Below are positions 26,961 to 37,950 of a stretch of DNA of 64,000 bases, in pieces. The DNA lies in NCBI GenBank assembly GCA_043228905.1, contig JBHGNT010000020.1, forward strand, positions 9,362,001-9,426,000. The letters run 5' to 3'. The notes below the pieces were generated by a model. That model did not search any database. It had not been told where the DNA came from and worked only from the letters and a program-made list of their open reading frames with translations. The stretch's first letter is position 1; each line of letters begins with the position of its first letter. This DNA comes from Azolla caroliniana. Its lineage: Eukaryota > Plantae > Polypodiophyta. Made by a program: the position numbers and the translations under genes.

Positions 26961-27357
26961 GGTATACATATGTGCTACAATTTACATGTTTATTGTCCTA
27001 TAATACTAGATTGGGCATAAAAATCAAAGCTTTTTAGCTTTAGGTTTTAGATGTTATTTTGGAAATTTTAAGCCAAATGACCCGTTTTCGGCATACAAAT
27101 AGCCTTATGAAGTCTTTCTAAAACTCTTAGTGCCCATTTCCTGAGTGTCCCTATTTTATTATGGCATTAGGTCTACATATCCTAAGGATGAGCGCCCAGT
27201 GAAAATCATTCGACTGAAATATCAAAGCTCTCCGATAGAAACCTCAAAAGTCCCCCCTCTCATGTTAAAGCAGAAAGGGAAGAAATTATTATTTGAAGAT
27301 GAGTTTCATAGGCAACCATCTGACGAAGTGAGTTAGGAGAATATGGTGGCTGCTCAT

Positions 27358-30252
27358 TGAAAAGAATAGCGCGGAATATTGCTCGGTCACAACCGAGTCT
27401 TAGATCACTTCCTTTAAGGATCAAACACAAAAATGAGAATAGAGATGAATACTCATACACCAAAAATGAGAATAGAGATGGAAAACCCTAATAGGGAAAA
27501 AAACCACGGGAGCCCACAGACTCCAAATTATCACTATATGAGAAAGGTACAATCAGAGACTGGAGGCAACGACCTCGAGCTCTGTATCTTCGCCAAGCGG
27601 TGGGTAGAACAGAGTATCGCTCTGTATCTCACTCTCTCTACCACTCACTATACAACAGTTACAACAACAACACCTCACCACGTCTATGATTGCCCTAGGT
27701 CATATTTATACTCATATGAACTTAGGGCTATTTACAAATATAGCCTCAATAGGCTTACTCAAAACATATTTACAAATATATCTTCTCTTCCGGTTCTCAC
27801 CAGGTCCATCCGATCCGGTTTCTGGATCTCTTCCGGTTCTCACCGGGTCCTCTTCATTCATAACCGGATCCCATCCGAAGGGACCGACTTCCCAACAATC
27901 TCCCCCTTCACTTCGGCATGGGATGTCTCGTCAGCCTGATCTGCTTTCAGCACACGTCCAACTTGTCGGTTGTCAACACCTTGGTGAGCATATCTGACCC
28001 GTTCTCCTCCGTGTGGATCTTCATCAACATGAACTCTTGATCTTCTACTCTCTCCGAGATCCAGTGGTACCTCCGATGGATATGTTGCTCCTTCCCTCTC
28101 TTCTCAAATCCTTCCGGCTGATGCATGTAGATCTCTTCTTCGAGGTCGCCATGTAGGAATGTCGTCTTGACGTCCAGTTGCTCTACTTTGAGGTCCATGC
28201 TTGCTGTTATGCCCAATATCATCCGGATGGATGTCATCTTTACTACCGGGGCAAAGATCTCATCGAAGTTCACTCCTTTCTTCTTCTGGAAGCCCTTCAC
28301 CACGATTCGGGCCTTATACCTTGGTGGATTTCCGGCATCTCCCAGTTTCAACTTGTACACCCACTTGTTCTAGAGTGCTCTCTTTCCTTTTGGCAACTCC
28401 TCAGTTCATATGTGTGGTTCTCATGCTAATGCAGGGAATCCATCTCATCCTACATGGCACTCAACCGCTTGCGGTCGTGGGTGTCTCTCTTTGCTTCTTC
28501 GAAGCTTTCCGGCTCCCCCTCATCGGTTAGCAATACATGCTCTACATCCGGAAATCTCCGGGCGGCTCTTCTCTCTCGGAGAGGGTATCTTCGTCCTTGG
28601 TTTCTGACTACCGGTTCCTCCGTCTGTTCTTCATCCGAATCTGATTCAGGATCTTGTCCGGTTCCGGTATCTTCTTCTTCTTCTTGGGTCGGTTCGTCGA
28701 GTTTCATCCAGTTTTCAATCGGGTAGGTCCTTGTGTCCTCAAACTGGTTTTCATTGGATGATCCAAAGTTGATCATCTTCTTCTCCGACTCCCAATCCGC
28801 AATGGTCCTGTCTTCCATGAAGACTATGTCCCGACTCCGGAACACCTTCTTGTTGACCAAATCCCACACCTGGTAACCGAATTCATCATCATCGTATCCA
28901 AGGAATATGTATGGTCGGGACTTCGGATCCAACTTTGCTCTCTTGTCCTTTGCGACATGCACATATGTGAGACAACCAAACACCTTTAGATGCCAGTAAG
29001 ATACAACTTTACCGGTCCATACTTTCTACGTTGAGTCTCCTTCCAAAGGTGCTGAGGGTGATCTGTTTATCATATAGGTCGTCGTCATCAACACCTCATC
29101 CAAAAACGTCTTGGGTAACTTGGCATGTGCTAGCATGCTGCGGACTCTCTCTGTTATGGTCTGGTTCATCCGTTCAGCCACCCCATTCAATTCCGGCATC
29201 TTCGGCACGGTGAATTCGAGCCAGATTCCCTTCGACTAGAAGTACTCCTCGAACTGCCCCCGATATTCTCCTCCGTTATCTGCTCGAACCACCTCTAGCT
29301 TCCGGCCAGTTTCTCTTTCCACTCTCGCGTGGAGCTCCTTGAAGACAGACAACACCTTATCCTTCGTCTTCAACGGTGGGACCCACAACTTCCGGTTGTG
29401 GTCGTCTATGAGCGTCACGAAGTACTGTGATTCGGCATGTGACTTCGTGTCCACTTGACACACATCGGTATGCACCAGTTCCAGTGGTGCATTCCGTCTC
29501 ATCGATGGTCTCAACCGGAAGGAGATTCGGTTTTGCTTACCGGCCAAGCAATCGGTGCACTTCTCAAGTTGCACATCCTTCACCGGAATGAGATTGTCTT
29601 TGGCAAGTCTCTTCATCCCCTTCTGGCTCATATGACACAGTCTCTTGTGCCACAGCTCACCGGTAGTGTCGAATGCTACGTTCACTTCTTCCCGGCATAT
29701 CCGGGCATGCATAAGATACAGCGTGTTGATCTTCCGGGCTCGAGCCATAATCAGGCTTCCTTTGCTGAATTTTATGACTCTGTTCCGGATGCTACCTGTT
29801 TAGCCTTCATCATCTAGCCAACCGGTTGATATCAGGTTCAACCAAACCTCCGGAACGTGTCAGACATCCTTCAACAGCAACATGCACCCAGTTGATGTCG
29901 TCAACAACACATCACCTATGCCGATGATTCGGCATGTACCGCCATTCCCCATCCAGACACAACCGTGATCTCTGGTTGTGTAGGATGAGAAGCATATCCG
30001 GTCTGGTGTAAGATGAAACGATGCTCCGGAATCGACAACCCACGTTGTCTCGTCGCCGACAAGGTTTAACTCATTCTCCTCAGTAATGAGCATTAGTTCT
30101 TCTTCACTTGTCGCAATTGTCGATGTTCCCTTCCGATCCGACCCTTTCCGGTCCGAACCGTTCTTCGAATCGGCATTGTCGGTTCCTTTCTCTTTCCGGA
30201 AATGCCGACAGTTCTTTTGGAAGTGTCTCGGCTTCCCGCAATAGAAGCACGT
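27358..30252 (-). mobile_element. Copia A2 (same family as A1), 5'-truncated, with a deletion in RT-RH
   Basis: 3' LTR 27358-27897, PPT 27898-27914; PR, IN and RT pieces; RT fused to the RH C-terminus near 28085; cut at the zinc knuckle by an LTR insertion. Confidence 0.9.
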
Positions 30253-30772
30253 TGTTGTAGTGTAATTCGCGCACTACGTGAAATATGTAAAAAATATATC
30301 CGATTTAAGTACACATAACTAAATAAAAGAAAATATTGTTACATGCATAGGGCAAGATTCAAACACTATACCTCCATGTAAACAAACCCAAACTTTACCA
30401 TTGTACTAACTTATCATAAGTGATCTAAATATAGATTTAATAGGTATAAGACTTATATTTACGCCTATTTTTACAAAAAAGTAAATCATGCACTTTTAGA
30501 GTGCGTGAAAACTTTATTTGGAAGAAAAACGCAAGCCAATTACTCATGCACATCTAGTGTGCATGAACACTTTAGGAAAAAGCATGATGTTATGCTTAGC
30601 CTCTTCCATCACTATATAAGGAAGAGAGAAAATTGTCATGGCAAGACTCGAACCCATGACTTTATGCTACATGGGTCGAGCTCTTACCATTAGATTAGGA
30701 ATTGTATTTTGTAGGATATTATTTTCATTTATACTTTATCATAGAAAATTGATGTATATTCCAGATCTCTCT

Positions 30773-30818
30773 GGAACATTCTAGAAGCTTCAAGATTATT
30801 CCTAAAAACACTATAAAA
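30773..30818 (+). promoter_or_regulatory. Perfect 4-unit heat-shock element and TATA box in the chromovirus LTR
   Basis: gGAAcaTTCtaGAAgcTTCa at 30773-30792; TATAAAA at 30812-30818; conserved in all five LTR copies. Confidence 0.75.
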
Positions 30819-30918
30819 GGAGGCACAAGGCATTGTTTTGAACCAAATTGGTTCAACGCCAGTCTTAAGCCTCTTAGCCGCTTGTACTTATCTTTTCACA
30901 TAATATATAGCTGCTGTC

Positions 30919-30967
<49 letters not shown>

Positions 30968-31140
30968 CTCACTTCCTCTCTCGGGAATCTTACGCAGTCC
31001 CGTCCTCTTAGTACTAATAGTACTGCTGTTCTTAGTACTAATTCCATCTCTGTTCTAGTACTATTCCTGACAGTTTGAACCAATTTTACCTCTAGCCTAT
31101 TTGTCACTCTCCCTCATCCTCCTACCCTTTTCCCTATACT

Positions 31141-32292
31141 ATGGCTACTGTTAGCGCCCAAGAATACCAATCCGTTTTCTCCGAGCTACAGTGCCTAAAA
31201 GAAAAGTTTGTTGCCCTGGAACAAGAAAACCAACGGCTGATAGGGGATCTGCAACAAATCGCTCTAGAAAAACAACAAACGCAACAACAACATGGGGAGT
31301 TAGCGTTACGGGTACAACAACTCAAAGTAGCGTTGCAACAACAAGGATCCAGTCCCCAAGGATTTCATAAAGAGCCCAAGATTGGACTTCCTGTGAAATT
31401 TGATGGAACGCGTTCGCAATTCCGGGGATTCCTTAATCAGGTACGCTTAGTCATCCAGATGCATCCTTCCCGATATCCCACTGATGCATCTCGAGTCGGC
31501 CTAATAGGCACGCTACTTAGCGGCTCAGCCTTGGCATGGTTTGCTCCGCTTCTAGAAAAACAATCACCCTTACTTAATAACTTTGAAGATTTTATTGGTG
31601 AGTTTAAAGCCTGCTTTGGAGACACCGACAGCATCAGGACGGCGATCAACAAGATCCGGCGATTGCGTCAAGGCGATCGTCCAACCTCTGCCTACGCGGC
31701 GGATTTCCGCCTACTTGCTTCAGATATACCCTGGGATGATCAAGCACTAATGGAGCAGTTTCGCTATGGCTTGCGAAACGATGTCAAAGATCTACTTCTA
31801 ACTTTCCCCGAAGAATCAAAGTCTCTTACGGAGGCAATCAGTCGAGCAGTTCGATGTGACAACCGCCTTTTTGAACGGCGTTCAGAACGTCAATTACAGA
31901 TACCACGCTCTAGGCCAGAGCCCACTTACGCCGCAGTCGCGGCTAAACCGTTTGCACGAGACACACCTCAAGCAAATACTTCGACACCGATGGAGATCGA
32001 TACCATGCGTCGACGCGGCCCGTTATCGGAAGAAGAAAAGCAACGACGACGTGCCAATCGATTATGCCTTTATTGCGGTGGACCAGGACATATCGCCATC
32101 AATTGTCCCCATAGGCCAAGAAGACAGGTAAATCAAATCGTCGCCTGTACTAAACCCGAGTCAATTCTTCCCTTTGGAGTGTCTGATAGTATTAATAGTA
32201 CTAATAGAGTGTCAGATAGTATTCATAGTAGCCCAAGTATCTCAAATAAATTTGAAATCCTTAGTCAATTAGATGAAGAGTTAAACGATTGA
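31141..32292 (+). CDS. gag: Gag (coiled-coil N-terminus, capsid, CCHC zinc knuckle)
   Basis: Intact 383-aa ORF with [14 protein letters not shown]. Confidence 0.92.
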   Translation: MATVSAQEYQSVFSELQCLKEKFVALEQENQRLIGDLQQIALEKQQTQQQHGELALRVQQLKVALQQQGSSPQGFHKEPKIGLPVKFDGTRSQFRGFLNQVRLVIQMHPSRYPTDASRVGLIGTLLSGSALAWFAPLLEKQSPLLNNFEDFIGEFKACFGDTDSIRTAINKIRRLRQGDRPTSAYAADFRLLASDIPWDDQALMEQFRYGLRNDVKDLLLTFPEESKSLTEAISRAVRCDNRLFERRSERQLQIPRSRPEPTYAAVAAKPFARDTPQANTSTPMEIDTMRRRGPLSEEEKQRRRANRLCLYCGGPGHIAINCPHRPRRQVNQIVACTKPESILPFGVSDSINSTNRVSDSIHSSPSISNKFEILSQLDEELND

Positions 32293-35200
32293 GTCCAGCC
32301 AAAATAGGAGCCATTTGGTTGGACAGCAGCCCTAGATCTGTACAGCCCATTAGTGGTTCCATTCCTTCCAAGCAAGTTAGCAATGTGTTCCAAGCCCAAG
32401 TCATTGTTAGTACTAAAAGTACTCCCCCAGTACCCGTCCTAGCACTTTTAGATTCCGGAGCTAATTCCTGTTTCATGGATCGAAATTTTGCCCAAGCTTC
32501 TCAGATATCCTTAAGAAAACTTCCTTGTCCCGCATCTGTAGTGGTCATTGATGGTCGTCCCATTGCTTCCGGGAATATTGTAGAAGAATCAGAACCCATT
32601 CAAGTTGTCCTAGGTAGTTTTGTGTGTATAATATCATTTAATATAATTAGTAGTCCAGAGCATCCCATTGTCCTAGGATTACCTTGGCTTGAATTACATA
32701 ATCCAGCCATAGATTGGAGAACAAGAGAAGTCCGATATCGACCACCCCAAGAATCAACTCACCGAGTTTCGACCATTTCACTCCATCAACTACGCGAAGA
32801 AGGACCCAAGGAGGCAATGTTCCTATTTGCCATATCAGTACATCCTTCTAGCACTATTAAGAAGGACTCCTCAATACAACTTCCGGCAAAATATCATCCT
32901 TATGCCGATGTATTTGACAAGGTAAAAGCCGGTACCCTTCCTCATCACCGTCCCTATGACTGTCCCATCGATTTACAACCAGGAACCGAGCCACCATGGG
33001 GACCAATTTACAACTTGTCACCCACCGAGTTAGAAGTCCGTCGAGCCTACATAGAGGAGAACTTGGCAAGCGGGTTCATCCGTCATTCGAAATCTCCGGC
33101 CGGTGCACCCATCTTCTTTGTCAAGAAGAAAGATGGCTCACTTCGTCTTGTCGTTGATTACCGCGGATTGAATAAAGTCACCATCCGGAATAGGTATGCA
33201 CTTCCTCTTATATCAAGTCTTTAGAGCGAGTTAATGGTGCCAAGTTTTTTACTAAAATCGACCTACGAGGAGCGTATAATCTCGTGCGGATCCGACCGGG
33301 AGATGAGTGGAAGACCGCTTTTCGCACGCGGTATGGGCATTTCGAGTATACTGTTATGCCGTTTGGCCTAACCAATGCACCCGCAGTCTTCCAACACATG
33401 GCAAATGATATATTCAGAGACCTCTTGGATATCTGTTTGATCATTTATTTGGATGATCTGTTGATTTATTCGAAGACCCAGGAAGAGCACGATTCTCATG
33501 TACTATTAGTACTAAAGCGACTCCACGAGAATGGTCTTTATGCCAAGCTAGAGAAATGTAGCTTTGACTGCAAGCAAGTGGAATTTCTAGGCTACGTCAT
33601 CTCCTCAAAGGGCATCGCCATGGATCCAACTAAAATCCAAACTGTACTAGAGTGGCAAATTCCACGGTCGGTACGAGATGTACAATGTTTTCTAGGCTTT
33701 GCTAACTTCTACCGTAAGTTTATACAGGATTACTCGAAGATTATTTTACCTCTCACACAACTTACGAAGAAGGGCCAAGCATTTCTTTGGTCCATCGAAG
33801 CAGATATGGCTTTTCGGCATCTTAAGAAAGCCTTTACATCAGCACCGATTCTAGCTCATGTGGATACAAGCAAACCATTCATCATGGAGGCCGACGCATC
33901 AGATTTCGCCCTCGGTAGCATCCTTTCTCAACAAGGCGATAAAGAAGAGTTGCATCCGGTGGCTTTCCATTCGCGCAAATTCAATGTCGCAGAAATCAAC
34001 TACGAAATACATGACAAGGAGTTATTAGCCATCGTGGATTCATTTGTACAATGGCGGCATTTCTTAGAGGGCTCTCCACATCAGGTCATTGTCTTTAGCG
34101 ATCATAAAAATCTTGCTTATTTTCAGAACGCTCGCGTACTAAATCGACGGCAAGCTCGGTGGGCGCAATTCCTCACGCGTTTCAACTTCGAAATCACATA
34201 TCGACCGGGGAAGCAGCAAGGAAAAGCAGATGCACTATCACGGCATTCATATCTTGCACCTCGTCCTGGTGACGCAACATTTGATAATCAAAAGCAAGTA
34301 ATCTTGGGACCAACACGATTGCACACGACGCGGATTTTTCACACCCCGATGGATTCACAGATTACCGATGACATACGTGCAACCTTGAAGACGGATAGTT
34401 TTGCTCAAGACATCCTGGCGCACATTGATACTTCTCGGGCATCCTGTTCTCAGTCTCAACAACCAGGTATTGACTACCGACAATTCGAATATCATGATGG
34501 TTTGTTATTCTTTAAAACGCGCGTATATGTCCCCGATTGCTCCTGTCGCCTTCAAATCGTCCAACATTGTCACGACACCCATACGGCGGGACATTTCGGT
34601 AGTACCAAGACGTTGGAGTTAGTGCAGCGATCTTTTTGGTGGCCCCACATGCGCCGTTTTGTCGACGACTACGTTCGGACCTGTGATGCTTGCTGCCGAG
34701 CAAAGATGCCACGACACCATCCATATGGCTTGTTGGAACCTTTACCAATTCCAAGTAAGCCATGGCAGTCTATTTGTCTTGATTTTATTACAGATCTGCC
34801 GGTCTCGAAGGGGTTCGATGCTATCCTAACCGTCGTCGATCGATATACGAAGATGGCACATTTTGTGCCATGTACTAAAGCCATCACTAGCGAGGAAACC
34901 GCCGCTCTTGTTATGCGTGAGGTATTTCGGCATCATGGCCTACCAGACAGTATTATCAGTGACCGAGGCCCGCAATTTGTCTCCAAATTTTGGCAGCATC
35001 TCTTCAGGATGCTCAAGGTCTCCTGCAACCTCTCCTCCGGCTACCATCCTCAAACTGACGGACAGGCGGAACGAACAAACCAAACGTTGGAGCAATATCT
35101 CCGGTGTTTCCTGAGTTATCAACAGGACGATTGGGCCGAGATTCTCCACTTTGCGGAGTTTGCGTATAATAATGCTATTCACTCCTCGACTCGGGTCTCC

Positions 35201-35860
35201 CCATTTCTCGCTTATACCGGTTTCCATCCTCGCTGGTCGGTGATCGACACTCCGGAGCTCCCTACCAACCCTCGTGCCGAGGACCATTTGGAGAGGCTAC
35301 GCAAGATCCAGATGGATCTCTCTACTCACCTTCGTCATGCTCAACACACACAGAAGACTTATGCGGATCGTCATCGGATTCCCTCCTCTTTTGCCATCGG
35401 AGATCGAGTATGGCTCTTACGTCGTCACATCAAGACTACTCGACCGTGCGACAAGTTGGATTATCGACGACTCGGTCCTTTCCGTATTACGGGGAAGATT
35501 AATGATGTCACCTTCCGCCTGGATCTCCCTCCGCAGCTTCAGATACATCCGGTTTTCCATTGTTCTCTTCTTGAACCTTATAAAGCAAACACCATTCCCG
35601 ATCGTGTGACACCACCGCCGCCCCCGCTGGAGTTGGACGCCGGCCCGGAGTATGAAGTTGCTGCCATCCTCGATTCCAAACTTGTTCGCAACAAACTTTA
35701 TTACTTGGTCGATTGGCTCGGTTATAGTCCGAGCGAACGTACTTGGGAACCCGTCGAGAATGTTGCCAATGCACAAGATCTTCTTGCTGATTTCCACCGA
35801 AAGTATCCGGACAAACCCGGTCCGCAGTTAGCGCCGACTCGTTCCACTCGTCGTCTTTAA
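32280..35860 (+). CDS. pol: Pol (PR-RT-RNase H-integrase-chromodomain) in the -1 frame, with one 1-bp deletion near 33220
   Basis: ORFs 32289-33224 and 33284-35860; [28 protein letters not shown] chromodomain. Confidence 0.88.
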
Positions 35861-36156
35861 GGGGGAGATAGTGTCATGGCAAGACTCGAACCCATGACTT
35901 TATGCTACATGGGTCGAGCTCTTACCATTAGATTAGGAATTGTATTTTGTAGGATATTATTTTCATTTATACTTTATCATAGAAAATTGATGTATATTCC
36001 AGATCTCTCTGGAACATTCTAGAAGCTTCAAGATTATTCCTAAAAACACTATAAAAGGAGGCACAAGGCATTGTTTTGAACCAAATTGGTTCAACGCCAG
36101 TCTTAAGCCTCTTAGCCGCTTGTACTTATCTTTTCACATAATATATAGCTGCTGTC

Positions 36157-36200
<44 letters not shown>

Positions 36201-36703
36201 CTCTTCTCACTTCCTCTCTCGGGAATCTTACGCAGTCCCGTCCTCTTAGTACTAATAGTACTGCTGTTCTTAGTACTAATTCCATCTCTGTTCTAGTACT
36301 ATTCCTGACAAAAATATGTATATGGTTGTTGATTTTTATAAGGGTTGATTAATATAAAATATTCCTGGGAATTCACAATTTTGCTATCTATTTCTCTCTT
36401 ACAATCGAAGTATCAATTAATACACTATACTCATGGGATTCACGAGTTTCATATCTTCATCTTGCAATCTATTCGTAACAAACCTTATCTCATATTCTTC
36501 TTTCTCCTAGTCCAAAACCCTGGCGGTTCCCACCCGACTCATGCAACGATCCGGTACCGAAAGGCCCGACACAAGTGGTGAACCCGACGTGAAGACGAGT
36601 GGCAAGGAGATGGAGAATCAACAACCGGAAACTAACAACATGATGGTGATGTTCGAGTGGATGCTACAAGAACAACGCGCAATGTTGGACATTGCGGCGG
36701 CAT

Positions 36704-37950
36704 GAAGTTGAAAGACATTCTCATGTAGAGTTTTTGAATGTTGGAGCACGTGGGGATCATTTCCTCAAATGTATATTCAGGTTTTTTAATGGGTTTACAA
36801 GATATCCATCTACCTACATAGGTATCTAGAGACAACTAAGAGATTGTAAAATTGGGTTTTACATTAGAAGAAGATAATGATAAGACAGAATAAGAGGGAG
36901 AAAAGGAAGAGTTGGTCCCACTTTCTTTGTGTGGAGTTGGTGTATTGGGTAGTCAATGGTAGAAAGCTCATTATCTCTTTATTGGCATAGAGTGCACATT
37001 GTGGTCGACTTTAGCTCAGCCTCTCCGTCTCTTTTCAATTTTGAGATAATGGCAACGAGGTGAAAGTGAGAGTGTTTGACATTCTTACTTTGAAAGGCAC
37101 AAGACAATGTTGTGACGTGGTATGTATAGAGGAAAGTGTCTAAAATTGAGCTTATGATAGGTTAAAGTTATCATGGTTAACGAAGTAATAAGGTTAGTTG
37201 GGTAGGGTTGATTCTTGGGATAATAATGTGTAAGGGTTCTGTTGAGAATCAAGCTCAACTTGGTCTAGTGTGTGAACTCACCTTGAGAGTGAATAGACAC
37301 TCCAACGGTCAAGAGTCACCATTATGTCACCTCTTTGTATTCTAGCATTTAGTATGAGTCATAGAATCATATTCTATGACACATAACTTATGAGCTTTCA
37401 CATTCCCCATGCTCCATGAGTCTTTTAGTTAATGAAGAGAGAGGGTGACTATATAAAGCACCCTCCTCCCACCTTGTATAATGTTGAGTCTTTCTCCTTT
37501 GTGAATATAATCTACCTTGCATATACTCTGTGTGTTACTCCTTGTCTCTCTCTCTCACTCACTCTCTCATACACACACACAGTTCACACCTATTCCGCTA
37601 CACAAGAATCATACCCGATTTTTTACAGGTTCAAATTTCATAGTGGACGGTGAGAGAGAAATGGTGATTTGGTGGTGATTTATAATGTGCATTATATAGG
37701 AATGAGGAATGAAATGAAATGAAAGGAGGAATTTACTTTTGCAAAAGTTGAGTGTCGGCGACAAATGGCAACTTATGCAAGAAGTTAATATTTTTGGTGA
37801 TGGCCTTTTGAAACCTATAAAAGGAAAATGAGAGTTCATTGTTGGGGATATGAGTTTTGAGAGAGACACCCATGCTTAGTTAATGAGGAGCTTGTTGCGA
37901 GATAACGAATCAAGAGGGCATGTAGGAGACCATGATGACAAGAGGTGATT
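36704..37950 (+). mobile_element. LINE 3' tail remnant (inverted homolog of 4660-5515)
   Basis: High-identity reverse complement of 4660-5515, interrupted by a solo LTR. Confidence 0.65.
37240..37627 (+). mobile_element. Copia-B-like solo LTR
   Basis: TGTTGAG..CAAGCTCAAC start, ends TTACA, TSD GGTTC; homologous empty site at ~4975-4990. Confidence 0.88.

Larger units (their letters stand above)
30634..36310 (+). mobile_element. Full-length young Ty3/gypsy chromovirus (Tcn1-like), copy 2
   Basis: 439-bp LTRs 30634-31072 and 35872-36310 differing by one visible base; TSD AAAAT; PPT 35859-35871; gag, PR, RT, RH, IN (HHCC, DD35E, GPF) and chromodomain. Confidence 0.98.
30253..36700 (+). mobile_element. 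5' LTR (30253-36571, interrupted by the chromovirus), tRNA-Trp PBS and gag start of a gypsy-like element
   Basis: Homologous to solo LTR 13016-13755; PBS TGGTGAACCCGACGTGAA at 36576-36593 is complementary to the 3' end of plant tRNA-Trp. Confidence 0.8.

Noticed and set aside
26604-26969. Repeat-protein ORFs over the array
   Set aside because: By-products of the 41-bp repeat, which changes frame with each unit
23070-27350. Terminal inverted repeats of the Sola-like element
   Set aside because: No convincing inverted match found by eye; the ends may have been removed by flanking insertions
33215-33285. Second programmed frameshift in pol
   Set aside because: Copies 1 and 3 are in frame here; it is a 1-bp loss in a T run
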